Positions 9,218 through 17,057 of a DNA stretch of 21,493 nucleotides are shown here, piece after piece (position 1 is the first letter of the stretch; each line of letters starts with the position of its first letter). Source of the DNA: Candidatus Heimdallarchaeota archaeon (GTDB taxonomy: Archaea; Asgardarchaeota; Heimdallarchaeia; Hodarchaeales; Hodarchaeaceae). Below the pieces are notes generated by a model, which was given only the letters and a program-made list of their open reading frames with translations, ran no database searches and was not told the DNA's origin. The stretch covers positions 1 through 21,493 of the forward strand of contig DXJL01000046.1 of assembly GCA_019057635.1 (NCBI GenBank), read 5' to 3'. The position numbers and the translations under genes were made by a program.

Positions 9218-10102
9218 TCAGTGAGTAGCAACAAATTCTATCTTAGATAAAACTTTAATTTCTTGGAAAGATTGACCGAATTCCTTAGAAAGTGCCATCT
9301 TACCTCGAAACCCAGAACAGTGACAAGGAGCGATAACTTTAATTGGATAGTGCTTCAATTCTCGCTTTGTATATTCTAAACGTTTATATGACGCATTCAC
9401 AAGATGAAGCCCCCCAATTATTCCAATTATTTTCTCAGATTTAGTTAATTCTTTCGCTTTTGAAATTGTATTAACTATACCAGCATGGCAACATCCACAA
9501 AGGATAACTACTGTGTCATCTGCAAGATGAAAAAATAAAGAAAGATCATCGATGATTATATCAGGTATATTTTTCCCATTCTTCACAGTGATAACATCTT
9601 TTAATTTTCCTGACAATGTCTCATAAGGATTTCTACGTGGAACCTCACCAGATGTAAGTAAGGAATTTCTGAACTTGTAAGAATTCCTTGTAGCTATCAG
9701 ATTAGTTTTTTCTCTTAAGCTAGTTACTGAATCAATCAGTCCTTGAATTCCTATATCGGTAATTTTTCCTTGGTCTGAAATAAATTTCGGGGAAAGAGCT
9801 TGAGGATGACAAATCAATGGTACTCGTTTCCCTATTAAACTTATCACTTCATTTAACCCTCCTACGTGATCCCAATGACCATGGCTTAGCACTATGGCAT
9901 CTATTGTATTAAAATCGACTTTTAATATCTTACTATTGTTTAACAAAGCCGTAGGTGATGGCCCAGTATCGAAAAGCACTTTCAATCTGGATGAATCTGT
10001 GAAAAAAGCTTCTGCCAGAGCAGAAAAACCACTTTCACCAATAGTCCCTGGAGGACCCGCTATATTATCAACTAAAATTTGAATAACCAGTTTTTCTAAA
10101 AT
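9218..10102 (-). CDS. MBL-fold metallo-hydrolase (COG1237-like); extended to a probable non-canonical ATT start
   Basis: SHGHWDHVGG metal motif, GCCHAG, GGLHL, PCHCSG. The frame stays open 39 codons upstream of TTG 9985 and encodes family-typical ILVDN...GESGFSAL. Confidence 0.88.
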   Translation of the reverse strand: MLEKLVIQILVDNIAGPPGTIGESGFSALAEAFFTDSSRLKVLFDTGPSPTALLNNSKILKVDFNTIDAIVLSHGHWDHVGGLNEVISLIGKRVPLICHPQALSPKFISDQGKITDIGIQGLIDSVTSLREKTNLIATRNSYKFRNSLLTSGEVPRRNPYETLSGKLKDVITVKNGKNIPDIIIDDLSLFFHLADDTVVILCGCCHAGIVNTISKAKELTKSEKIIGIIGGLHLVNASYKRLEYTKRELKHYPIKVIAPCHCSGFRGKMALSKEFGQSFQEIKVLSKIEFVATH

Positions 10103-10267
10103 TGTCCATCACCGCACATTTCTCTCTTATATAAATTTCAAGTTTTTTATATTTTGTGACAGTTTTTCTTGAGTATTAGTAAGTTGATCATCTCAATAGT
10201 CGTCATGGGATTCGTGAATCGAATTCGTGAGAAATTGATCCCGTTTGAAGGGAAGACTAGAATTCTT

Positions 10268-10309
10268 TATGAATATATATGCAAAAGGTATATGAATATA
10301 TATGCAAAA
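10268..10309. promoter_or_regulatory. Tandem 19-bp direct repeat (TATGAATATATATGCAAAA x2, 23-bp period), each unit quasi-palindromic; candidate operator
   Basis: Identical copies at 10268-10286 and 10291-10309, in the divergent region between the MBL gene and the DUF134 HTH gene. Confidence 0.65.
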
Positions 10310-10441
10310 TGTGAATTGAATTTGAACAATTTACTTTCTTATAAACGAAAAGGAATACGAAGAAAAAAATCTGTTGCATTGAAATTTCATTCATCTAAAG
10401 AGCTGCTCCAAAGGTTTGTGGATGGTTGATAGAAGGAGATA

Positions 10442-10846
10442 TTGAAAATACCCAGAAGTAGAAATCCCAGAACGATTCGCTGTGATCCAACGCACACATA
10501 CTTCAAACCGCGTGGAATCCCACTGAGTGAAATCACTGAAGAAGTAGCCATTACTCTTGAGGAATTGGAAACACTTCGTTTAACGTCTCTAGAAGGATTA
10601 TCACAAGACGAAGCTGGAAAACAAATGGAAGTATCTCAGTCTACTATTTCGAGGCACTTAGATGATGTTCATCGAAAGGTTGCTAAGGCGTTAGTGCATG
10701 GATTAGCTATTCGAATCGCTAATACGACAGAAATTCTTCATTGTGATGATTGTGGTCACACCTGGAAATTACCTGAGGATAATATCAGGGTTTCGCTCTG
10801 CGAAAAATGTGGATCTACTAAATTCCACTTTCATACTCAGAGATAA
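10442..10846 (+). CDS. DUF134/UPF0251 HTH DNA-binding protein with C-terminal zinc ribbon
   Basis: PRSRNPR...YFKPRG...LEELETLRL...GLSQDEAGKQMEVSQST...KVAKALVHG signature. CDDC...CEKC tail. AAGGAG SD before TTG. Confidence 0.88.
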   Translation: MKIPRSRNPRTIRCDPTHTYFKPRGIPLSEITEEVAITLEELETLRLTSLEGLSQDEAGKQMEVSQSTISRHLDDVHRKVAKALVHGLAIRIANTTEILHCDDCGHTWKLPEDNIRVSLCEKCGSTKFHFHTQR

Positions 10847-10896
10847 GATAGTAAGAAAATTCAAATCAAAAATAAGAATAAATAGAGGTCAATAAA

Positions 10897-11346
10897 ATGA
10901 AAATCGGATTATCTTCAGACGGAAGTAATTTATCGGATTCCTTTGCTTCGAATTTTGGACGATGTACTTATTTCATAGTATATGATTCAACAATGGAAAT
11001 AGAAAAGGAAATTAGTACAGCCTATTCCAATACTGCTCAAAATGCAGCAGGAGGTGCTGGAATTCAAGCAGCACAGTCTTTGCTTAATAAGCAGGTGGAA
11101 GCTGTGATAGCTCCTCAAATGGGTCCAAATGCTTGGAATGTTTTTCAAGGTGCAAACATAAAAGTTTACACAGGCATCATAGGGTCAATTCAAGAGAATA
11201 TTGATGCTTTTTTGGCTGGTACGTTAAAGGAAATGACTGGTGCTCACGGAACTGGACCTGGTAGAGGACAAGGTATGGGCCGTGGCATGGGCCGTGGTAT
11301 GGGCCGTGGTATGGGCCGCGGACAGGGACGAGGTAGAGGAAATTAG
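10897..11346 (+). CDS. NifB/NifX-family (FeMo-co binding domain / Orange-protein-like) protein with Gly-Arg-Met tail
   Basis: NFGRCTYF, GGAGIQAAQ, GPNAWNVF motifs. C-terminal (GRGM)n low-complexity tail. Confidence 0.88.
   Translation: MKIGLSSDGSNLSDSFASNFGRCTYFIVYDSTMEIEKEISTAYSNTAQNAAGGAGIQAAQSLLNKQVEAVIAPQMGPNAWNVFQGANIKVYTGIIGSIQENIDAFLAGTLKEMTGAHGTGPGRGQGMGRGMGRGMGRGMGRGQGRGRGN
11272..11319 (+). repeat. 12-bp coding tandem repeat (GGYATGGGCCGY)x4 encoding GMGR
   Basis: Four consecutive near-identical units, GC-rich relative to the surroundings. Confidence 0.9.
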
Positions 11347-11375
11347 CACTTGTTTTAGATGAGGAAAGATCGAAA

Positions 11376-11774
11376 ATGAGAATATGTATCCCTTCTGAAA
11401 CAATAGGTGGGCTTGAAGATCAAGTAGGTTACCATTTTGGTCGTGTAATAAATTATACAATATATGATGATAGCACTAGTAAGGTAGAAGTCATTGAAAA
11501 TACCTCTTCGCATCGAGGAGGTACCAAATTACCTGCTGAACTTCTTCGAGAATATGATGTCGATGTAATGATTTGTGGTGGAATTGGAAGAAGAGCAATT
11601 CAACTATTTGAACAATATGGAGTAGAAATCTACATTGGCGCTCAAGGAATAGTGAAAGAGGCTATTGAGCAATTCAAAAATAATAAATTACAAATGGCTA
11701 CTGATATCGATGCATGTCAAGAGCATAAATATCGAAATGAAGATCATAAGCATAAACATGATCATCAGCATTAG
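11376..11774 (+). CDS. NifB/NifX-family protein with His-rich C-terminus
   Basis: HFGRV, DVMICGGIGRRA motifs. Tail CQEH...HKHKHDHQH. Confidence 0.88.
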   Translation: MRICIPSETIGGLEDQVGYHFGRVINYTIYDDSTSKVEVIENTSSHRGGTKLPAELLREYDVDVMICGGIGRRAIQLFEQYGVEIYIGAQGIVKEAIEQFKNNKLQMATDIDACQEHKYRNEDHKHKHDHQH

Positions 11775-11786
11775 GAGGAATGTCAA

Positions 11787-12665
11787 ACGATAGTAGGAGT
11801 AGCATCTGGAAAGGGAGGAACTGGTAAAACCACAGTGGCAGTTAATTTATCCCTTTACCTTGCTAAACAACAGCCAGTCTCCCTCTTTGATTTGGATGTT
11901 GAAGAACCGAATGACAATCACTTTCTAAACAGATCTATGGTTCATTTTCAAGATGTAGGATTATTAAGGCCTGAAGTGGATGAAGAGATTTGTACTCATT
12001 GTGGTCTTTGTGCTGAATTATGTGAATATAATGCACTCGCCGTCCTACCTACCCAAGTAATGATTTTCGATGAATTATGTCACGGATGTGGGTTATGTTC
12101 TATAGCTTGCCCAGTTAACGCAATAACAGAACGTTTTCATAAGCTTGGAACAGTTAAAAGATCGAAAAATCCATCAGCAGCTGAGTCTTCGATTTATGAG
12201 AAAAATTTAACCTTTTTTGAAGGAATCTTAAATGTAGGGGAAGCTATAGCTACACCCATCATTCACGAATTAAAGAAAATTGCTTTTGTGCAAAAAACTA
12301 AGCACATTATCTTGGATCTCCCCCCTGGATCGGCCTGTCCAGTTGTTGAAGGTCTTTCTGATTTAGATTATGTCGTTCTAGTAACTGAACCAACTCCTGC
12401 AGGAGAACATGATCTTTGTATTGCCATTGAACTCGTGAAGCAGCTCAAGATACCCTTTGGAATCGTAAATAACAGAGCAGATATAGGTGATGACCGCATA
12501 AATCGGTTAGTTGACGAGAATGGGTATACTCTCTTATTGGAAATCCCACATGATAACGAAATTCTTCATCTATATTCTCATGGATTACCTCTTATTGGGA
12601 CTGCAAAAAGATTTGATGAATTGTTTGGAAAATTATGGCAAGAAATTATGGAGGGGGACAAATGA
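11787..12665 (+). CDS. MinD/SIMIBI-type P-loop ATPase with inserted 2[4Fe-4S] ferredoxin domain (COG1149-like), copy 1; probable ACG start
   Basis: Walker A SGKGGTGKTT lies in frame upstream of the track's GTG 11835. DLDVEEPN, CTHCGLCAELC, CHGCGLCSIACP, DLPPGSACP, VTEPT motifs. Confidence 0.9.
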   Translation, partial: TIVGVASGKGGTGKTTVAVNLSLYLAKQQPVSLFDLDVEEPNDNHFLNRSMVHFQDVGLLRPEVDEEICTHCGLCAELCEYNALAVLPTQVMIFDELCHGCGLCSIACPVNAITERFHKLGTVKRSKNPSAAESSIYEKNLTFFEGILNVGEAIATPIIHELKKIAFVQKTKHIILDLPPGSACPVVEGLSDLDYVVLVTEPTPAGEHDLCIAIELVKQLKIPFGIVNNRADIGDDRINRLVDENGYTLLLEIPHDNEILHLYSHGLPLIGTAKRFDELFGKLWQEIMEGDK

Positions 12666-13555
12666 CAAACGAGAAAATAAAGCAAATTACGGTTCTCTCT
12701 GGTAAAGGAGGAACAGGAAAAACGACCATGGCTGCAGTACTAGCACAATTATCATCACCGATTTCTCTTATGGCAGATTGTGATGTTGATGCCCCAAATC
12801 TACACTTATTACTGAATCCTGAAAACACCTCATCTGAGAGGTTTTTAAGCGGCAAACTTGCCATTAAGGATTCAGAAATGTGTACTAATTGTGGAGAATG
12901 TTTCAAAGTTTGTCGTTTTGATGCTATTAGTACTGAATTTGAAATAGACCCCATAAGATGTGAAGGGTGTGGTGCATGCGCGTGGATTTGCCCTACAAAA
13001 GCAATAACAATGGAAATTCAACCTTCAGGTACTATATATGAGGCTCAAACCAGATTTGGTCCTATGGTTCATGCATCATTAGATATTGGAGCAGAAAATT
13101 CAGGTAAATTAGTTAGTGAAGTGATACAAAAGAGTCATATGATAGCTAAACAACTCAAGAAAAAGGTAATTATAGTCGATGGTAGTCCAGGAATTGGATG
13201 TCCAGTTATTGCAGCTTTAACAAATGCAGAATTAGTTATAATTGTGGTAGAACCAACCATGACTGCAGTCCACGATATGAAAAGGGCTATCGAACTTATC
13301 CAGTTTTTCAAGCTTCACCCAGCAGTTATTATTAATAAAGCGACGATTAATGAAGAACAAAGGATTAACATTAATGATTTTTGTAGAGATGAAGGTATCC
13401 CTATTGTTGGGGAAGTTTCTTACAATTTAGATATTTATAAAGCAATGGTTAATGGAGAAACTGTTCTAGAGCATGGTATTTCGGAGTTAGAGGAACCCTT
13501 GAATGAAATATGGACTAATATTCATGATTTATTGCAATTAAAGGAGAAAGAATAA
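12662..13555 (+). CDS. P-loop ATPase with inserted ferredoxin domain (COG1149-like), copy 2 (start revised to ATG 12662)
   Basis: SGKGGTGKTT, DCDVDAPNLHL, CTNCGECFKVC, CEGCGACAWICP, NSGKLV, DGSPGIGCPVIA. ATGA overlap with copy 1 and GGAGG SD. Confidence 0.92.
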   Translation: MTNEKIKQITVLSGKGGTGKTTMAAVLAQLSSPISLMADCDVDAPNLHLLLNPENTSSERFLSGKLAIKDSEMCTNCGECFKVCRFDAISTEFEIDPIRCEGCGACAWICPTKAITMEIQPSGTIYEAQTRFGPMVHASLDIGAENSGKLVSEVIQKSHMIAKQLKKKVIIVDGSPGIGCPVIAALTNAELVIIVVEPTMTAVHDMKRAIELIQFFKLHPAVIINKATINEEQRININDFCRDEGIPIVGEVSYNLDIYKAMVNGETVLEHGISELEEPLNEIWTNIHDLLQLKEKE

Positions 13556-13590
13556 CCCATAATTGGAAAAAAACAGATGAAATTCATTGA

Positions 13591-14343
13591 GTGAGAAAAA
13601 TGCTTTTAGTATGGATAATAGTATTCAGTTCATTAGGTAGTGTAGGAGCAGTTATCACAGCAACTGTTTTTCTATTGATTAGGGAACCCATTCAAAAATT
13701 TCTAATTCCTTGCTTAATTTCGTTTGCTAGTGGTACTCTTCTTACAGCAGCTCTATTAGGATTAATTCCCCATGCACTTAATCATCTAGATCCACGAACA
13801 ACTCTATCGACTGTGTTAATAGGTATTTTTCTTTTTTTTCTTTTGGAAAAAACAGTAATTTGGCGACATTGTCATGATATGGAGTGTGAAGCTCATAGAA
13901 CTGTAGGTCCTATGATTATCATAGGAGATGCTTTTCATAATGCGACTGATGGTCTTGTCATCGCAGGTAGTTTCTTAATTTCGATACCCATTGGGATTGC
14001 TGCAACTATATCAGTAATCGCTCACGAAATTCCGCAAGAAGTTGGTGATTTTGCCCTACTTCTTCATTCTGGCTATTCAAAAAGAAAAGCCTTAATATTG
14101 AATCTGCTATCAAGTATAACTACCCTTCCAGTTGCAATATTAGCGTACTTTGCATTGGATACTATGCGGACAGCTATTCCTTATGTAATGGCAATTTCAG
14201 CAGCGAGTTTTCTTTATATTGCGCTTACAGATATTTACCCCGAATTACACTCCAAGGTAGGTCTCAAAGATGAAATACGAGAATTCATTATGATGATACT
14301 AGGTGCTGGTATAATTATTATTCTACTGCAGTTTCATTACTGA
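13591..14343 (+). CDS. ZIP-family divalent metal transporter (start 13591 or ATG 13600)
   Basis: GDAFHNATDG and AHEIPQEVGD ZIP signatures, His/Cys loop HCHDMECEAH, PELH. Confidence 0.93.
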   Translation: MRKMLLVWIIVFSSLGSVGAVITATVFLLIREPIQKFLIPCLISFASGTLLTAALLGLIPHALNHLDPRTTLSTVLIGIFLFFLLEKTVIWRHCHDMECEAHRTVGPMIIIGDAFHNATDGLVIAGSFLISIPIGIAATISVIAHEIPQEVGDFALLLHSGYSKRKALILNLLSSITTLPVAILAYFALDTMRTAIPYVMAISAASFLYIALTDIYPELHSKVGLKDEIREFIMMILGAGIIIILLQFHY

Positions 14344-14525
14344 TATTAGGAGGATCTTCCTTATTTTCATTTATCTAATAGCAACCAAAAACGAAATTTT
14401 TTGTTTTGAGTTTTGGAATTGCTTTTATGATTATTATGGGGGCTATTGCTACGATTAGAAGAATTCTTCCTTTCTTGCAATAATTTTACATCTTGAATTT
14501 CACGTTATATTATGAGAGAACTAGA

Positions 14526-15527
14526 ATGCGAAAAAAACAATTTTTAACTTACGGCCCTGTTCCTTCGCGCAGACTAGGACGTAGTTTAGGTATAAACAAC
14601 ATTCCCTCCAAAATTTGTACTTATTCATGTGTTTACTGTCAGCTCGGATCCACAACAAGGATAAAAATTGAACGGAGCCCATTTTATAATCCAGAAGAAA
14701 TTTTCAATCAAGTTAGTGATCGAGTAACAGAAGTTAGGGCTCAAAATGAAAAAATTGACTTTCTTACATTTGTACCAGATGGTGAACCAACACTGGACAT
14801 GAATTTAGAGGAGGAAATTGGACTTTTAAAAAATCTTGGTATCCCAATAGCAGTAATTACAAATTCCTCACTTTTATTCTTAGACGATGTTAGAACGAGT
14901 CTTCTGGATGCTGATCTAGTTTCCATAAAAGTTGACAGTGTCACTGAAAAACTCTGGAGGACTATCAATCATCCAAGTAAAAAATTAACGCTTAACGCAG
15001 TTATTAATGGAATTAAAAGATTTTCAGAAGACTTTAAAGGAATTTTAATCAGTGAAACGATGCTAATAGACAATATTGAATATAAACATGAATTTGTGAG
15101 AATTGCTCAATTCTTAAAATCACTACAAAATCTACAAAAGGCTTATTTAGCGATTCCAACCAGACCCCCTGCAGTGTATTGGGTTAAACCTCCCTCTGAG
15201 GATCTTTTAAACAGAGCTTTTCAAGAATTTTCAAAATTCTTAAGGCCACCAAATGTTGAATATCTTATTGGTTATGAAGGTGATTCTTTCTATGGTACAA
15301 CAGATGTTGAGAAGGATCTTTTGAGTATTACTTCGGTTCACCCAATGCGAAAAGAAGCTGTTGAAAAGTTATTATTTGGAAAAAATGTCGATATAAAATT
15401 AGTGGATAGACTGATACAGGAAAAAAAAATGATAAAGTTGATTTATGAGGGTGAAGAGTATTATATGAGAAAAATTGCTAGTAGGAATATGAGTAAAACT
15501 ATTTTGAAAGATGATCTCATATTTTAA
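14526..15527 (+). CDS. Radical SAM protein (COG0731-like, YGPVPSRRLG subfamily); start probably ATG 14526
   Basis: YGPVPSRRLGRSLG followed by CTYSCVYC (CxxxCxxC), GEPTL, VITNSS, PTRPP. Confidence 0.9.
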   Translation: MRKKQFLTYGPVPSRRLGRSLGINNIPSKICTYSCVYCQLGSTTRIKIERSPFYNPEEIFNQVSDRVTEVRAQNEKIDFLTFVPDGEPTLDMNLEEEIGLLKNLGIPIAVITNSSLLFLDDVRTSLLDADLVSIKVDSVTEKLWRTINHPSKKLTLNAVINGIKRFSEDFKGILISETMLIDNIEYKHEFVRIAQFLKSLQNLQKAYLAIPTRPPAVYWVKPPSEDLLNRAFQEFSKFLRPPNVEYLIGYEGDSFYGTTDVEKDLLSITSVHPMRKEAVEKLLFGKNVDIKLVDRLIQEKKMIKLIYEGEEYYMRKIASRNMSKTILKDDLIF

Positions 15528-15691
15528 GGTAGAAAGTTCTACAATGAAGTGAATAGGTAATTTTTCGGTGCTCTTCAGTGTAGATGTTAACTTCCTAGCT
15601 TGTTAAAAATGTTATATCAATATATGGAACGTCTATTTCGGTTTTTTCGCTTATCCAACATTAAAGGTTTATTCTCTCATATCAAAAATTT

Positions 15692-16201
15692 TTAAGAAAT
15701 AAGTTTTTTCAACGAATGAACAGGACACTTACCTTTATGATCAGGTTGGCATTCTATAAAGATCCCTGTTTCAAAATAATGGTAAAGATGATCAATCCAT
15801 CCTCCAGATTTTTTAGACATCTCAAGAAATTCTATGAATCGTTTTAATCTCAATATTGTCTCTTTACTTGCCTTGTGCTCTATTTCACATGCATCTCTTA
15901 TAGCGATCTCTTCATTCACCCCCAAGGTTAACAAAAAGTTTTCTAATATCTTATGCTTTTGGTAGACCTTATTCGCTGCGACTTCCCCCTTTTCTGTGAG
16001 AGTAACCCCCGAGTATTTCTGATAGTTAATAAACCCCTTTTTGCTCATTTTTTGGAACATTTCTGTTACACTGGAGGGTGTGATACCCAGAATTTCCGAA
16101 ATATCTTTTGCTTGAGCAAACTTCTTCTTTTGAGTCACACGAAGTAACATTTCAAGATAATCCTCTATCCTTTCCGTTAGTAAATCATTTTGTTTACTCA
16201 T
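15692..16201 (-). CDS. DtxR/MntR-family metal-dependent transcriptional regulator (no FeoA domain)
   Basis: EDYL, HTH with SSVTEM, YSGVTLTEKG, HKILENFL, DACEIEH metal-site motifs. Confidence 0.93.
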   Translation of the reverse strand: MSKQNDLLTERIEDYLEMLLRVTQKKKFAQAKDISEILGITPSSVTEMFQKMSKKGFINYQKYSGVTLTEKGEVAANKVYQKHKILENFLLTLGVNEEIAIRDACEIEHKASKETILRLKRFIEFLEMSKKSGGWIDHLYHYFETGIFIECQPDHKGKCPVHSLKKLIS

Positions 16202-16336
16202 TATTCAAGTCTCAGTTTATCTTAATTTTAAAGTTATTTCTTGCGAAGTTAAAGCTATCTGATTCATTAAGAAAATGATTTATTCTTATCACATCACATG
16301 GAATGCTACTGAATCGGATGAATCATCAAATAAATT

Positions 16337-16368
16337 GAGAAAACCATCTTTCAAAAAGTGAAAGATGG
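16337..16368 (-). terminator. Hairpin (10-bp perfect stem) with short T-tract downstream of dsrH-like gene
   Basis: CCATCTTTCA (16344-16353) / TGAAAGATGG (16359-16368), 5-nt loop, followed on the minus strand by TTTTCTC. Confidence 0.55.
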
Positions 16369-16377
16369 GAAGGATTC

Positions 16378-16677
16378 TCATAAGTTGACAATATTGTCTT
16401 GTTCTAAGACTAAGTCAATTACCTCTCCATAATCTAACAATTTGACCTCAGGATGTAGGTGTTTCTTTATCCCACGCTTTTGCACATCTTCTTCACCTGC
16501 ATAAACAGATACATCCCTAATAATACAGTCATCCAGTTGTTTGTTTGTTTTGTTTGCATTGTAAATTGCATTTTGCAATAAACAAATTGTAACTTGATCA
16601 CCGTTTCCCTCTTGTTCTAGCGCTAAATCCATTCCTAGTTTACATTCACAAGTTAGAAAGAATAATATTTTAGACAT
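16378..16677 (-). CDS. DsrH/TusB-like sulfur-relay subunit
   Basis: LLQNAIY, VYAGEEDVQKRGI and LLDYGEVIDLV match the DsrH/TusB pattern. Third gene after dsrE/dsrF-like genes. GAGGT SD before ATG 16677. Confidence 0.8.
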   Translation of the reverse strand: MSKILFFLTCECKLGMDLALEQEGNGDQVTICLLQNAIYNANKTNKQLDDCIIRDVSVYAGEEDVQKRGIKKHLHPEVKLLDYGEVIDLVLEQDNIVNL

Positions 16678-16700
16678 ATTTATCAAACCTCGTTTAAATA

Positions 16701-17042
16701 TTATAGGGGAATGACCGTATTAGCACCAACAATGCTTTTTCTCACTGTGGAATGGTCATAAACCTCAACTTCATCAATTAGGTCACTTTTTGTAAGACCT
16801 CTTTCTTCTAATGATTGTTTGTCAACCCAAAGTTCTAGATCAATTTCTTTTAAGAAGTTGATATGCATTTGATACACAGACTTGTCTGTGTCTTTCAAAA
16901 ACGTATATACTCCATCATTGATAGCTATCACAAGTGGTTCAAAGTCCTCGGTAGCTACAGCCATACGTAATCCTTCAACCGGGTAAAGAGTCCCATGAGG
17001 AGGTTGACGTAATAGAATAACAAGTTTCATTTCTTCTGGCAT
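16701..17042 (-). CDS. DsrF/TusC-like sulfur-relay subunit (contains no Cys)
   Basis: RQPPHGT...EGLRMA, NDGVY, SLEERGL motifs of DsrF/TusC. ATG 17042 preferred to GTG 17051. Confidence 0.8.
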   Translation of the reverse strand: MPEEMKLVILLRQPPHGTLYPVEGLRMAVATEDFEPLVIAINDGVYTFLKDTDKSVYQMHINFLKEIDLELWVDKQSLEERGLTKSDLIDEVEVYDHSTVRKSIVGANTVIPL

Positions 17043-17057
17043 ATATTTCACACTCTT

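Noticed and set aside
10209-10230. GATTCGTGAATC palindrome with repeated ATTCGTGA
   Set aside because: Short enough to occur by chance, with no second locus to support it.
10268-10309. Direct repeat as a mini-CRISPR array or att site
   Set aside because: Only two 19-bp units with a 4-nt spacer, and no cas or integrase gene in the window.
10169-10429. 86-aa ORF in the divergent promoter region
   Set aside because: TTG start without SD. It runs through the operator-like repeat, has AT-driven composition and no family features.
10897-13555. Nitrogen fixation (nifX/nifB/nifH) or MinD cell-division assignment
   Set aside because: No nifHDK/ENB. The ATPases have inserted ferredoxin domains and lack NifH Cys motifs. 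Stand-alone NifB/NifX domains are common in non-diazotrophic anaerobes.
14493-15527. Calling the radical SAM protein Tyw1/Taw1 wyosine synthase
   Set aside because: It lacks the long N-terminal extension with auxiliary-cluster Cys of Tyw1 and matches the uncharacterised YGPVPSRRLG subgroup instead.
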